The notes under the pieces are model-generated. The model had not been told where the DNA came from, made no database searches, and was given only the letters and a program-made list of their open reading frames with translations. A program made the position numbers and the translations under genes. Below, piece after piece: positions 23,761-35,332 of a stretch of 64,000 nt of DNA (positions within the stretch are counted from its first letter, which is position 1; each line of letters begins with the position of its first letter). The stretch is from Mobula hypostoma. Its lineage: Eukaryota. Location: positions 252,652,001-252,716,000 of the forward strand of contig NC_086097.1 of assembly GCF_963921235.1 (NCBI RefSeq), written 5' to 3'.

Positions 23761-24007
23761 GTCCATAATAGCATCCAGCAAGGAGCTGCAGATGTTGAAC
23801 GGAGTGGTGCTCTAGGTTAAGCATGAATTTAGATAAGAACAGGGGAGAAGGCTAATACGGAATAAACATATTCCTTGATTCCCAGAGATTAGCAACGTGG
23901 ATTGAGGATTACAGGCAGATGTAGAAACATCTCAGTCTGAAAGGCTGCTAATCTGAAATGTTGTCTTTTTCCATTTCCATAGAGGCTGGCTGACAAGCTG
24001 AGTATTT

Positions 24008-24355
24008 TCAAAGTCAAAGTCAAAGTAAATTTATTATCAGTATACGTACACGTCACCATATACAGTCCTGAGATTCATTTTCTTGCAGGCGTTCACAGTA
24101 GAACAGAGAAATACAACAGAATCAATGAAAAACTACATACAAACAAAGACAAACAGCCAATGTGCAAAAGAAGACAAATTGAGCAAATAAATAAATAATA
24201 CTGAGAACATGGGTTGCAGACTCTGTGAAAGTGAGTCTGTAGGTTGTGGAATCAGGTCAGAGTTGAGGCGAGTGAGGTTATCCACACTGGTTCAGGAGCC
24301 TGATGGTTGAGGGGTAATAACTGTTCCTGAACCTGGTGGTTTTGGACCTAAGGTC
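24008..24355 (-). mobile_element. Rex1/Babar-like 3' end or derived SINE
   Basis: Reversed tail tcaaagtcaaagtcaaagtaaatttattatc; the minus strand includes ccaggttcaggaacagttattacccctcaaccatcagg, like the Rex1 ORF end (RFRNSYYP). Confidence 0.6.
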
Positions 24356-24434
24356 CATAGTGTTTTAATTTTGGATATTTTTGCTTAATGAAGAGGAGCT
24401 AAAATAAAATCTGAAATGACAAGAGACTCAGCAG

Positions 24435-24985
24435 TTAGCAGCACACACAAAATGCTGGAGGAACTCAACAGGTCAGGCAGCATTTATGGAAAAGAATAAA
24501 AAGTTGATATTTCAGGTAGAGACTCTTCATCATGACTGGAAAGCAAGGGGGCAGGGGCCAGAATAGGAGGATAGGAGGAGGAGGAGGAGAACCAGCTGGC
24601 AGGTAATAGGTGAGATCAGGTGAGGGGGAAGGAATGAGGATGGAAGAGAGTGGATGAAGTAAGCAACTGGGAGGTGATAGGTGGGAAAGGTAAAGGGCTG
24701 AGGAAGAAGGAATCGGAGAGAAGAGGAGAGTGAACCATGGGAGAAAGCGAAAGAGGAGGGGCACCGGGGGAGGTGATGGAGATCTAAGGAGCAGAGAAGG
24801 GGTGAGAGGAGAACCAGAATGGGGAATGAGAAAGGAGAGAAGGGGAAAGGGGGAAGTAATTGCTGGAAGTTAAAGAAATCAATGTTTATGAAGTTATCCA
24901 GATGGAATATGAGGTAACCTGATTGTGTCTCCTCCAGCCTCATCGTAGCACTAGAGGAGACCACGGCCCAACTTGTCAGCATGTC
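24435..24985 (-). mobile_element. Penelope-like pseudo-LTR (older subfamily), degenerate hammerhead at 24502-24537
   Basis: Homologous to 3488-3800 and 14070-14530. Confidence 0.75.
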
Positions 24986-25439
24986 CATTTTATAAAGTAT
25001 TCATTGATGATATAGACAAAATAATAAGCAACTTTTTAAAAATGTACACATAAAAATAACAAGTAATAGCAATCAAGACCACCATTAAATAATAATTTGT
25101 CATTACTTTTTTGGAAATAATGAAAAGGTATGGCAATTAAAAGGTTAAAATGTTTTTGAACCTCTAAAATCTTTAAGGTAATAAAAGCAAATAGATTTAT
25201 TTTCCTCACCAATACTGTGGAAAGGCTTTATTCCTTTGAAGTTAGATGGAAGATAATGGGGGTTGGTGGTGACTGCATTATGGTTGTGAAATATAGTCAT
25301 GTTCTGAATCAGTCAGCCTACTGCAGCAGATTATTTAGTAACTCGGATAGATTGGAATCGTGCAGTAATAATTATGAGGATCGCAGGGTTTTGATGAGAA
25401 CATGTTACAAAGCACCATCTTTAGAGGTTTCCTTTAGAT

Positions 25440-26230
25440 GATATTGAAGAGACTCGATATGTCACCAAAGACACTCACAAATTTCTACAGATGTACAGTG
25501 ACGAGCATTCTAACTGGCTGTATCACTGTCAGGAATGGAGGGGACACCGCTGACGATTGGAAAAAGCTCCAGGAAGTGGCAAACTCAACCAGCTCCATCA
25601 TGGGCACCAGCCTCCCCAGCATTGAGGACATCTTCAACAGGCGATGACTCAAAAAGGCAGCATCTGTCATTAAGGACCCCATCACCCAGGACGTGCCCTC
25701 TTCTCATTGCTACCATCAGGGAGGAGGTACAGGAGCCTGAAGACCCAAACTCAATGTTTTAGGAACAGCTTCTTCCTCTCCACCATCAGATTTCTGAATG
25801 GACAATGAACACTACTTCACTTCTTTCTCCTCTTTTTGCACGTCTTATTTAATTTAATTTTTATATATCCAATGCTTCTTATTGTAATTTATAATTTTTA
25901 TTATTATGTATTGCAAAGTACAGATGCCACAAAACAACTAATTTCATGACAAACAACAGGAATTCTGCAGATGCTGGAAATTCAAGCAACACACATAAAA
26001 GTTGCTGGTGAACACAGCAGGCCAAGCAGCATCTCTAGGAAGAGGTGCAGTCGACATTTCAAGCCGAGACCCTTCGTCAGGACGTTTCAAGCCGAGACCC
26101 TTCGTCTGAAACGTCGACTGTACCTCTTCCTAGAGATGCTACCTAGCCTGCTGCGTTCACCAGCAACTTTAATTTCATGACATATGGTATTATTAAATAC
26201 TATATTTAATAATTATTAAACTGATTCAGA
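25440..26230 (+). mobile_element. Rex1/Babar LINE 3' fragment
   Basis: LKRLDMSPKTLTNFYRCTVTSILTGCITV matches the C-terminus of the 57999-58424 ORF. Confidence 0.8.
25952..26169. mobile_element. Inverted pair of Penelope pseudo-LTR ends with 13-bp TSD
   Basis: taatttcatgaca at 25939-25951 and 26170-26182; arms ~25997-26061 and 26107-26170 are near reverse complements; hammerhead core on minus at 26048-26083. Confidence 0.85.
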
Positions 26231-28023
26231 TTCTCCTCGGGTATGTCATTTACAATAATCAGCTTAGAGATATTGCTATTGTTGTTATTTTGAATTTTCT
26301 GTAAAGAGCAACCATACATTTAAAAGCATTGTTCGGAAACTTGAGTAAGTGGAGAAATTACAGTGAAGGACAGTTCAAAATGGGAAATGTTTAAGTTAGA
26401 CAATATATTGGAATGTATTTTTTTGCAAAATAATTCTCTATGCTTTAAAGACAAGAGATCCTGCAGATGCTGGAAATCCAGAGCAATACACACAAGATGC
26501 TGGAGGAACTCAGCAGGTCAGGCAGCATCAATGCGGGTGTCAAAACATCCTAACTTTCCCGGCCTCATGGGACCCAAGTCATATCAACTCTAGATGTACG
26601 GAGTTCGAGGAAGGTGATTTCTCACCGCTGAGTCTATTGCCTTGTTAGTGAGGGGCTAACCAGAGGAGCCCGGTAAAAAGGGGTTTCACTTATCAGCATC
26701 CTGTCGAAGGGTCTCAGAATGAAATGTCAACTGTTTATTCCCTCCATAGATGCTGTCTGACTCTGTATTAATGAACTTTTAAAAAACGACTAATGGTCCC
26801 AATTGGTTCATATCTTTCAAAAATACATATCTCCACCAATTGAGATAGAAATATGAAACATACTTTTCAGTTTCTAGGTTTTGTCTTTGTCTTGATGGGA
26901 CATTTAGTTTAAACTAGAAGAATGGCTAACTCTGCCATGCACGGTCCCAAGCCAAGCTGTGAGAGGAGGAGGGCTGGACATGGGGCTAGTTCTGGACTTT
27001 TCCCTCGGGGTTTACTCCCAAAGCCTTCCCCATGAGTGGGTGTAGCCACAAGGCAGCGGAGGTTTGAGATCAGAGTTTTCATTCTCCTAGACAAACTGCC
27101 AACCACGACTGATGAGCCTCATCTGCCCAAAGCAACTGGTTTTAGGGTTCCACTGGGCTGAATAACTAAACCACACATGAAGGCCAGGAGCTGGACTTAG
27201 TTATAGAGTCATGGAAAAGTACAGCATAGAAACAGGCCCTTCAGCCCATCTAGACAATGCCAAACTATTAAAACTGCCTGCTCCCATCGACCTGCACCAG
27301 GACCACAGTCTTCAATTCCCCTACCATCCATGTACCTATCCAAAGCTCTTTTAAATGTCGGAATTGAGCTTGCATTTACCACTTGTACTGACAGTTCATT
27401 CCACACTCTCACAGCCATCTGTGTGAAGAATTTTCCCCTCATAATCTCCTTAAACTTCTCACCTTCCACTCTTAACCCATGAGGTGCATGCCTTTGGGAG
27501 CATCTAATAAGTAGTGGGAGCTAACCCCCTCCCCTGACTATGAGAACCTTAAAGAACCTAAAGGTATCATTGTACACTGTCAGTAAGTAATGACAAGGCC
27601 AGTCTGGGGGCTTCAGTGAACTGAGGAGAGCCTGTTGATATTTGTTACTCCTGGTGCAGGGTTGCAGGGTTTCAACGTGAAACACAGATATTTCCTTTCC
27701 CTGCACAGATGCTGTCTGAACCGCCAAGTTCCACCAGCATCCACCGTCTCTTGTCTCTCCCAGAGAGAATGACTAACTGAGGTCGGCTGCAACGTGTGTC
27801 CAGATCACTGTCACAAAACGGTGCAACAAAATCTCAAAGTTCAAAGTAAATTTATTATCAAAGTATGTATTCCATTTACAAAATCTTGAGATCCATCTTG
27901 TTGTAGGCAGCCACAAATCAAAGAAGTACAATGTGCAAAAAGAAAGAACAAATCATGTAAACGATAAAATGTTAACAAATACCACACAGAACATGAACTG
28001 CAGAGTCCCTGAAAGTGAGTCCA

Positions 28024-28389
28024 CAGCAACGGAGACAGTTTTGTCCTGTAGCCGGCCCAGGAGCCCAGTGACTGCAGGCCGCAGCCATGGAGACAGTTTT
28101 GTCCTGTAGCCGGCCCAGGAGCCCAGTGACTGCAGGCCGCAGCCATGGAGACAGTTTTGTCTTGTAGCCGGCCCAGGAGCCCAGTGACTGCAGGCCGCAG
28201 CCATGGAGACAGTTTTGTCCTGTAGCCGGCCCAGGAGCCCAGTGACTGCAGGCCGCAGCCATGGAGACAGTTTTGTCCTGTAGCCGGCCCAGGAGCCCAG
28301 TGACTGCAGGCCGCAGCCATGGAGACAGTTTTGTCCTGTAGGTGGTCCAGGACCCTGATGACTGCAGGCCACAGCCACGGAGACAGTTT
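28024..28389. repeat. 58-bp minisatellite, ~6.3 copies, inside a minus-strand SINE-like element (~27835-28440)
   Basis: Units start at 28024, 28082, 28140, 28198, 28256, 28314 and 28372. Confidence 0.95.
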
Positions 28390-28659
28390 GACAGTGAGGC
28401 GAGTGCTGATGGTTGTGTGATTGACAAGTATCATAGCTGCCAATTTCACACAAAGCTATCGAACCGTGGAACAGTTCAGCTGAGCCTTGGGGCTTAAAGC
28501 TATTCATAGTGCAGGCTGCCTCTAGCATATCCTTAGGTTATGTTAGTTGTTGATGCAGCTAACAGAGTTCATTGTATGTACATGTGATGAACAAATTAAT
28601 CTGAATCTGAATGGTGTTAGGGAAAGAGTTCTGAGATTGTGACCAGCGATGGTGAAAGA

Positions 28660-29105
28660 AGAGCTGTATACATGCAGTGGTAGCAACTCAATGCATAAAA
28701 GCATGCTGACATAGTCACGAGGTTCAGTTGTTGTTCAGCCCAAACATCAGAATGGGGAAGAAATGTGATCAAAGTGACTTTGACCATGGAATGGTTATTG
28801 GTGCCAGATGGGTGGTTTGAGTATCTCAGAAACTGCTGATCTCCTGGGATATTCACACACAACAGTCTCTATAGTTTTACAGAGAATGGTGCAAAAATTA
28901 AAAAAACACCCAGTGAGCAGTAATTCTGTGGGTGAAAATGCCATGTTACTGAGAGAGGTCAGAGGAGAATGGCCAGACTGGTTGAAGCTGACAGGAAGGT
29001 GACAGTAACTCAAATAACCTCACGTTACAACAGTGGAGTTCAGAAGAGTATCTCCGAACATACAACATGTAAACCCTTTAAGTGGATGGGCTACACCAGC
29101 ACTAC
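28660..29105 (+). mobile_element. Tc1/mariner transposase remnant (N-terminal DNA-binding region)
   Basis: Across frameshifts: MGKKCDQSDFDHGMVIGAR..GLSISETADLLGYSHTTVS..RMARLVEADRKVTVTQITSRYNSGVQKSISEHTT. Confidence 0.8.
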
Positions 29106-29359
29106 TTGCAAACTGTTTCCCTACACAAACTTCTCATTCCCTAACAGCAGATCCAGTATCACACACTCTCTCATTGGGACTTCTCCGTACTGATGAAGGA
29201 AACTTTTCTGAGTACATTTGAAAAACTTCATCCAATCTAGTCCTTTTGCGACCATCTACTATATCAACCTTATATTTCTTGCAATCTCTCCGCAAATTTG
29301 TTCTAAGTCCCTCAGACTTCTGGGTGGTTTGTGGTATCACCCATTAACATGATGATACC

Positions 29360-32300
29360 TTTCTTATTTCTCAGTTCCACTCATAATGTCTCATTAGGTG
29401 AGTTCTCCAGTCATTCCTGACGGAGCACTGTTGTGACATTTTCTTTGACTAGTAATGCCACCTCCTCTAACCCCCTCCTGCTCTGTTGCATCTGATACAA
29501 CGGAACCCTAACATATTGAGCTGCCAATCCTGCCCCTCCTGCAACCATCTCTTGCTAATGGCTGCAATATCATAATTCCAGGTATTGATCCATGCCCTGA
29601 GCTCATTTACCTTTCCTATGATAGTTCTTGCATTGAAATACAGGCAGCTCAGGACACTAGTCACAACCTTTTGATTCCTGACTTTGTCAGAGGTCTTACC
29701 AACATCTGTCTCCACTAACTGTTCTAGCACTCTAGTTCCCATCCCCTGCAACTCCAGTTTTAACCCTTCCCCTCCACCCCATGTAGCTCCAGCAAACATT
29801 CCTGTGAGGATATTAGTCCCCCTTCAGTTCAGGTGCAAACTGTCTCTTCCGTACAGGGCCCGCCTTCCCTGGAAGAGAGCCCAATGATCCTCCCATTCTC
29901 CTAATGTGTCTAACTCTTTCTGTACTTCCTCAAAACTAGCTGCCCCTCCACCAATCTTCATATTGTCTGCAAACTTTGCAACAAAGCCATCAATTCCATT
30001 ATCCAAATTATTGACATATAACATAAAAAGAACCCCTGTAGAACACCACAAGTTACTGGCAGCTATCCAGAAAAGGTAGCCTTTATTCCCACTCTTTGCC
30101 TCCTGCCAATCAGCCACTGCATTAGCCATGCTAGGATCTTTCCTATAATACCATGGGTTCTTAACTTGTTAAGCATCCTCATGTGTGGCACCTTGTCAAA
30201 GACCTCTTGGAAATCGAAGGGCACAATATTCACTGATTCTCCTTTGTCTATCCTGATTGTTAGTTCTTTGAAGAATTCCAGCAGATTTGCAGGCAAGATT
30301 TTCCCTTAGGAAACCATAATAACTTTGGCCTATTTTATTATGTGCCTCCAAGTACCCTGAAACCTCATCCTTAACAATCAAATCCAACATCTTCCCATCC
30401 ACTGAGGTCAGACTAACTGGTCTATCATTTCCTTTCTTCTCCCTACCTCCCTTCTTGAAGAGTGGTGTGACATTTGCAATTTCCAGTCCTCAGTGATCTA
30501 GTGATTCTTGAAAGATCATTACTAATGCCTCCACAATCTCTTCAGCTATTTCTTTCAGAATACTTTGGTGTAGTCCATATGGTCTAAATGACTGATCTAC
30601 CTTCAGACCTTTCAGCTTCCCAAGCACCCTCTCCCCAGTAATAGACATTGCACTCACTTCTGCCCCCTGATACTTTCAAACTTCTGGCATTCTGATAGTC
30701 TCACAGTGAAGTTGGATGCAAAATACTTATTCAATTTGTTCACCTTTCTTTCTTTGTCCCCCATTAATACCTATCCAGCATAATTTTCTAATGGTCCAAT
30801 ATCTACTATCACCTCTCTTTTACTCTTCATATATTTGAAAAAACTTGGAATCCTCTTTGATATTATTGGCTATCTTTCCTTCATATGTCATCTTTTCCCT
30901 CCTTATGGACTTTTAGTTGCCTTCTGTTGGTTTTTAAAAGCTTCCACTAATTTTTGGTCTATTATATGCCCCCTCTTTTGTTTTTATGTTCTTTTTGATT
31001 TGTCAGCCACGATTGCATCATCCTGCCTTTAGAATACTTCTTTGGGATGTATCTATCCTGCACCTTCCGAATTTCTCCCAGAAACCCCAGCCATTGCTGT
31101 TCTGCCATCGTCTCTGCTGGTGTCCCATTCCAATCCACTTCCAAGCCTCTGTAATTCCCTTGCCTTCATTGTATTGCTGATACATCTGACGTTAGCTACT
31201 CCCTCTCAAATTGCAGGGTGAAGTCTATTATGATTACTGCCTCCTAAGGGTTCCTTTACCTTTAGAACCCTAATCAAATTCAGTTCACTGCACAACACCC
31301 AATCCAGAATAGCCTTTCCCCTAGTGGGCTCAGCTTGCATATTGAAATCCCCCATGACTATTGTAACCTTTCCCTTTTGACATGCGTTTTCTATCTTTCA
31401 ATGTAATTTGTAACCCATATCCTGGCTACTGTTCGGCAGCCTGTATATAAGACCGTAAGTCATAGGAACATAATTAGGCCATTCACCACATTGAGTCGCT
31501 CCACCATTTCATTATAGCTGATCCTGGATCCCATTCAACCCCATACACCTTCCCTCTCACCATATCCCTTGATGTTTCAACCAATCACTAATCTATTAAC
31601 TTCCACTTTAAATATACCCATGGACTTGGCCTCTGCTGCAGTCTGTGGCAGAGCATTCCACAGATTTACTACTCTCTGACAAAAAATTCCTCCTTACTTC
31701 TCCTCCAAAGGATTGCCCCTCAATTTTGAGGTGGATACCCCCACCAGAGGAAACATCCTCTCCACATCCACCCTATCTAGTCCTTACAACACTCAGTAGG
31801 TCTGAATGAGATCCCCAAGCATTCTTCTAAATTCCACTGAGTACAGGCTCAAAGCTACCAAACACTCCTCATATGTTAATGACAGGAATTCTGCAGATGC
31901 TGGAAATTCAAGCAACACACATCAAAGTTGCTGGTGAACGCAGCAGGCCAGGCAGCATCTGACGAAGGGTCTCGGCCTGAAACGTCGACTGTACCTCTTC
32001 CTAGATATGCTGCCTGGCCTGCTGCGTTCACCAGCAACTTTGATGTGTGTTACTCCTCATATGTTAACCACTTCATCCCTGGAATCATCCTCATGAACCT
32101 CCTCTGGGCTCTCTCCAATGACAATACATCCTTTGTGAGATAAGGGGCCCAAAACTTTTGACAATTCTCCAAGTGTGGCCTGACTAGTGTGTTATAAAGC
32201 TTAACCGTTGTCTCCTTGTTTTTGTATTCTATTCTCATTGAAATAAATGCCAACATTGTATTTGCTTTCTTTACCACAGGCACAACCTGTAAATTAACCT

Positions 32301-32497
32301 TCTGGGAGTTTTGCATGAGGACTCCCAAGTCCCTCTGCACCTCTGATGTTTGAATTTTCTCCCCATTTAGATAATAGTCTGCACCATTGTTCCTTTTACC
32401 AAAATGCATTATCATACATTTCCCAACGCTGTATTCCATTTGCCACTTTTTTGCCTATTCTTCCAATTTGTCAAATTCCTGCTGCAATTGTATTGCT
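29360..32497 (-). mobile_element. Decayed CR1 fragments (endonuclease/ORF1 end, RT, and a 3' end at 31448-32497)
   Basis: LSCLYFNART; DFQEVFDKVPH; FVAKFADN; LVRPHLENC. Confidence 0.85.
31880..32051. mobile_element. 172-bp inverted Penelope pseudo-LTR pair with 16-bp TSD
   Basis: actcctcatatgttaa at 31864-31879 and 32052-32067; hammerhead core CTGACGA...GAAACGTCGACT at 31959-31990. Confidence 0.9.
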
Positions 32498-33406
32498 AGG
32501 TGTATAAGATGATGAGAGGCATTGATCATGTGGATAGCTAGAGGCTTTTCCCCAGGGCTGAAAAGGGCTAACACGAGGGGGCACGTTTTAAGGGGATTGG
32601 AAGTAGGTATGGAGGGGCTGTCAGTTTTTCACACAGAATGGTGGGTCTGTGGAATGCACTGCCCACGATGGTGGTGGAAACGGATACAATAGGGTCTTTT
32701 AAGAGACTCTTAGATAGGTACATGGAGCTTAGAAAAATAGAGGGCTATGTGCTAGGGCAATTCTAGGCAGTCTCTAGAGTAGGTTACATAGTTGGCACAT
32801 TATGGACACATTACAGTCCACTGTAAACACTTTAAACCACTTTTTTATAAAGCTCTTTACATTGTAAATACATGCTGGTATTTATGTATTTATGCGCATT
32901 TTATTCCATATTCGTACTTTAACCTCTAAACTTATTTTTAAATAATTCTTTATAATTGTTGAAAGTTGTATTTTGTTGCATGTCTCTCCCTGACCAACAC
33001 TCTACTGCAAATTCCTCATGCATGCAAAATTTTCTGTGAGTAAAGTTGATGCTGGATCCTGAAAGCTGATTGAAAATGTGGGCAGATAAACTCCAGGTGG
33101 ACACATCAACGTTTGCTGATATCACCCTGCAACAGTTCAATCTTATGCATGTTTTGATCATAAATAGTCTGATAAATTACACTGACATTCTGTCAAGAAA
33201 TATCTTACGGGACTAAAACTGAACTGTAAAAGGAAGTTGGACAGGACAACTTACACTGCCAAAAAATCTGCAAAACTTTAATTTCCTTGGGGATATCAGT
33301 TGTCAAATGCAAAGCCTACAAGAAGAAATGCTCCCTGTAAAACTCCTTTTTCATCTAAAGAAGTCAAGCAAGAACTGCAAGCCTTAATTTAATATTACAA
33401 TACACA

Positions 33407-33526
33407 TTATGCAACTGTTATTGTACGTTTTCCACAGATGGATATAACAGAACCAGAAATGTTGCGTTGTACAGATTGTTTGATCACCCACAGTTGTTGC
33501 TCAACTTCTTCAAGCTCCCTTAAAAT
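33407..33526 (-). CDS. Candidate coding exon of an unidentified host gene (ILRELEEVEQQLWVIK...TITVA*)
   Basis: Non-repetitive island; acceptor tactgatgtgtttcag|ATT; phase 0, coiled-coil-like start; phase-compatible with the 43819-43877 exon. The 3' end is uncertain. Confidence 0.4.
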   Translation of the reverse strand: MLRELEEVEQQLWVIKQSVQRNISGSVISICGKRTITVA

Positions 33527-34069
33527 CTGAAACACATCAGTACCTTCGCCAAAGAATGTACACATTATTTCCATAACGTGAGTGGTAATCTATGCCACAT
33601 GCCTACAAGTTAGTCTCCAATATCACTTCAGATTTCTAATACCACGTTTATGTCCTTAATTATGTGGCCAAAGTTCAATATACCCCTTGTGTGCTATTGA
33701 TATTAAACTAATTGATCTGTGATTTGGTTCCAGATCTCCTTTCAAGTATGCGATAAGTTGAACCACATTTAAGATGTATAGAGTAACTAGAATTTCCCCT
33801 ATTTTTCTCACTTCTTTCCTGCCTCCATAGTCTATTCCATCTGCCTTTTTCCATCTATAGACAATCACCCCGTGTACAGTGAGGTTACCTTACAAACACT
33901 AATGAGGGCCAAATGTTGTTTGGAGCAGTGATCTTTTATTTCATTTGATACTAACCACTTTTTCTGTAATTGAATTGAAAAGAATTACCACTATAGCGCT
34001 GAGACTTTATAAAACATTGGACAAACTGCACTTGGAGTATTGTAAGCATTTTAAGTTATTAATCTATCT

Positions 34070-34335
34070 ACCTATCTATCGGGATATTGTGCTGAACAGG
34101 CTGTTGCAGCTCTTTGAGCCACGCCACCCAGCAATCCCTGATTTAACCCCAGCCTATTCACGGGACCATTTACAATGACCAACCATTACGTCTTTGGTCT
34201 GCGGGAGGAACCCGGAGCACCCGGAGGAAACCCACGTGGTCACAGGAAGAACGTACAAACTCCTTACAGGCAGTGGCAGGAATTGAACCTGCGTCTGTGC
34301 TACTGTAAAACCTTGTGCTAACCACTACACTACCA
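34070..34335 (-). mobile_element. V-SINE (tRNA-derived head)
   Basis: Minus strand reads ggtagtgtagtggttagc...ggttcaattcc...gtttcctccgggtgctccgggttcctcccgcagaccaaagacgt. Confidence 0.75.
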
Positions 34336-34373
34336 TTCAAAAGTTCATTTATTATCAAAGCATGTAGCCATAT

Positions 34374-34892
34374 CATCATCATCATCAGGTGCCGTGCCCA
34401 GTTTGAGCTTTGACTGCCATGGCCCACACACTCCTGTTTTGGGTCAAGTGGATCAATTCATTGGTATTCATTTCCAATTCTCTGGCTGCTGTCTCCATCA
34501 TCATTTGTCTTTGTCTTCCTCTTGCTTTCTTCCCTTCAATCTTTCCCATAATTACCATGCATTCTAACTCCTCTTTCCTAATCACAAGTCCAATGAAGTT
34601 ACGTTGCCTTTTCATGATCTCATACATTATCTCTCTTTTTGTGTTTGCTCTGTTCATGACATCCTCATTAGAAATTCGTTTCATCCATGATATTCTTTGC
34701 ATCCTCTTCAAAAACCACATCTCTGCTGGTTCAATTTGTTTCCTCATGTTACTAGATATTGTCCAACATTCTGAGCCATATAACATAACTGGATAAACGT
34801 AACATTTCAGTACTCAGAGGCAGGTTGTCATGCCTAGTTTAGTATTGGTCAGTATACTCTTCATTCTCATAAAAATTTTCAAATTTCAGAGT
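34374..34892 (-). mobile_element. RTE-clade LINE 3' end with (TGA)n tail
   Basis: LYGSECWT...EMWFLKRMQRISW...GKIEGKKARGRQR; near-TSD tgtagccatat (34363-34373) / tgtatccatat (34893-34903). Confidence 0.85.
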
Positions 34893-35332
34893 TGTATCCA
34901 TATACAACTTTGTCTTCTCCAGATAGCCACAAAACAAAGTACATGAAAGTCGTATAGGGAGGAACATCAAACCAACCCCTCCCCCATACAAAAAAGCACG
35001 GCATCCCGATCATCAATCCCAAAATACCCCTCCCCCACACAAAAACTAACAGAATGCAACAGAACATCAATCCCCAAACACCCTCCCCTTGCACAACAAA
35101 ATGGAAAAGGAACAGGCGATCATAAACAGAACATAAAAACCATAAGTCTGAAAAAGTCCACAGTCCATAAACACAGTAGTCCAATCCATAAACGCAGAAC
35201 CACAATATCATCCTCCGATATCACTGACACTTATCGAATGAGAGGGGCACCGCACAAGGCAGAGGCCTACCTGCCTGCCACGGGGAACCACCCAGCGATA
35301 GGCTGCTCTCAGACTTTCTCCAGCAGGTTCCA

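Noticed and set aside
23925..24010. Additional hammerhead (also ~27645-27740)
   Set aside because: Pseudo-LTR-like context, but the catalytic core is too degraded to call.
27841..28528. Three overlapping 150-200 aa ORFs
   Set aside because: Produced by the stop-free 58-bp array.
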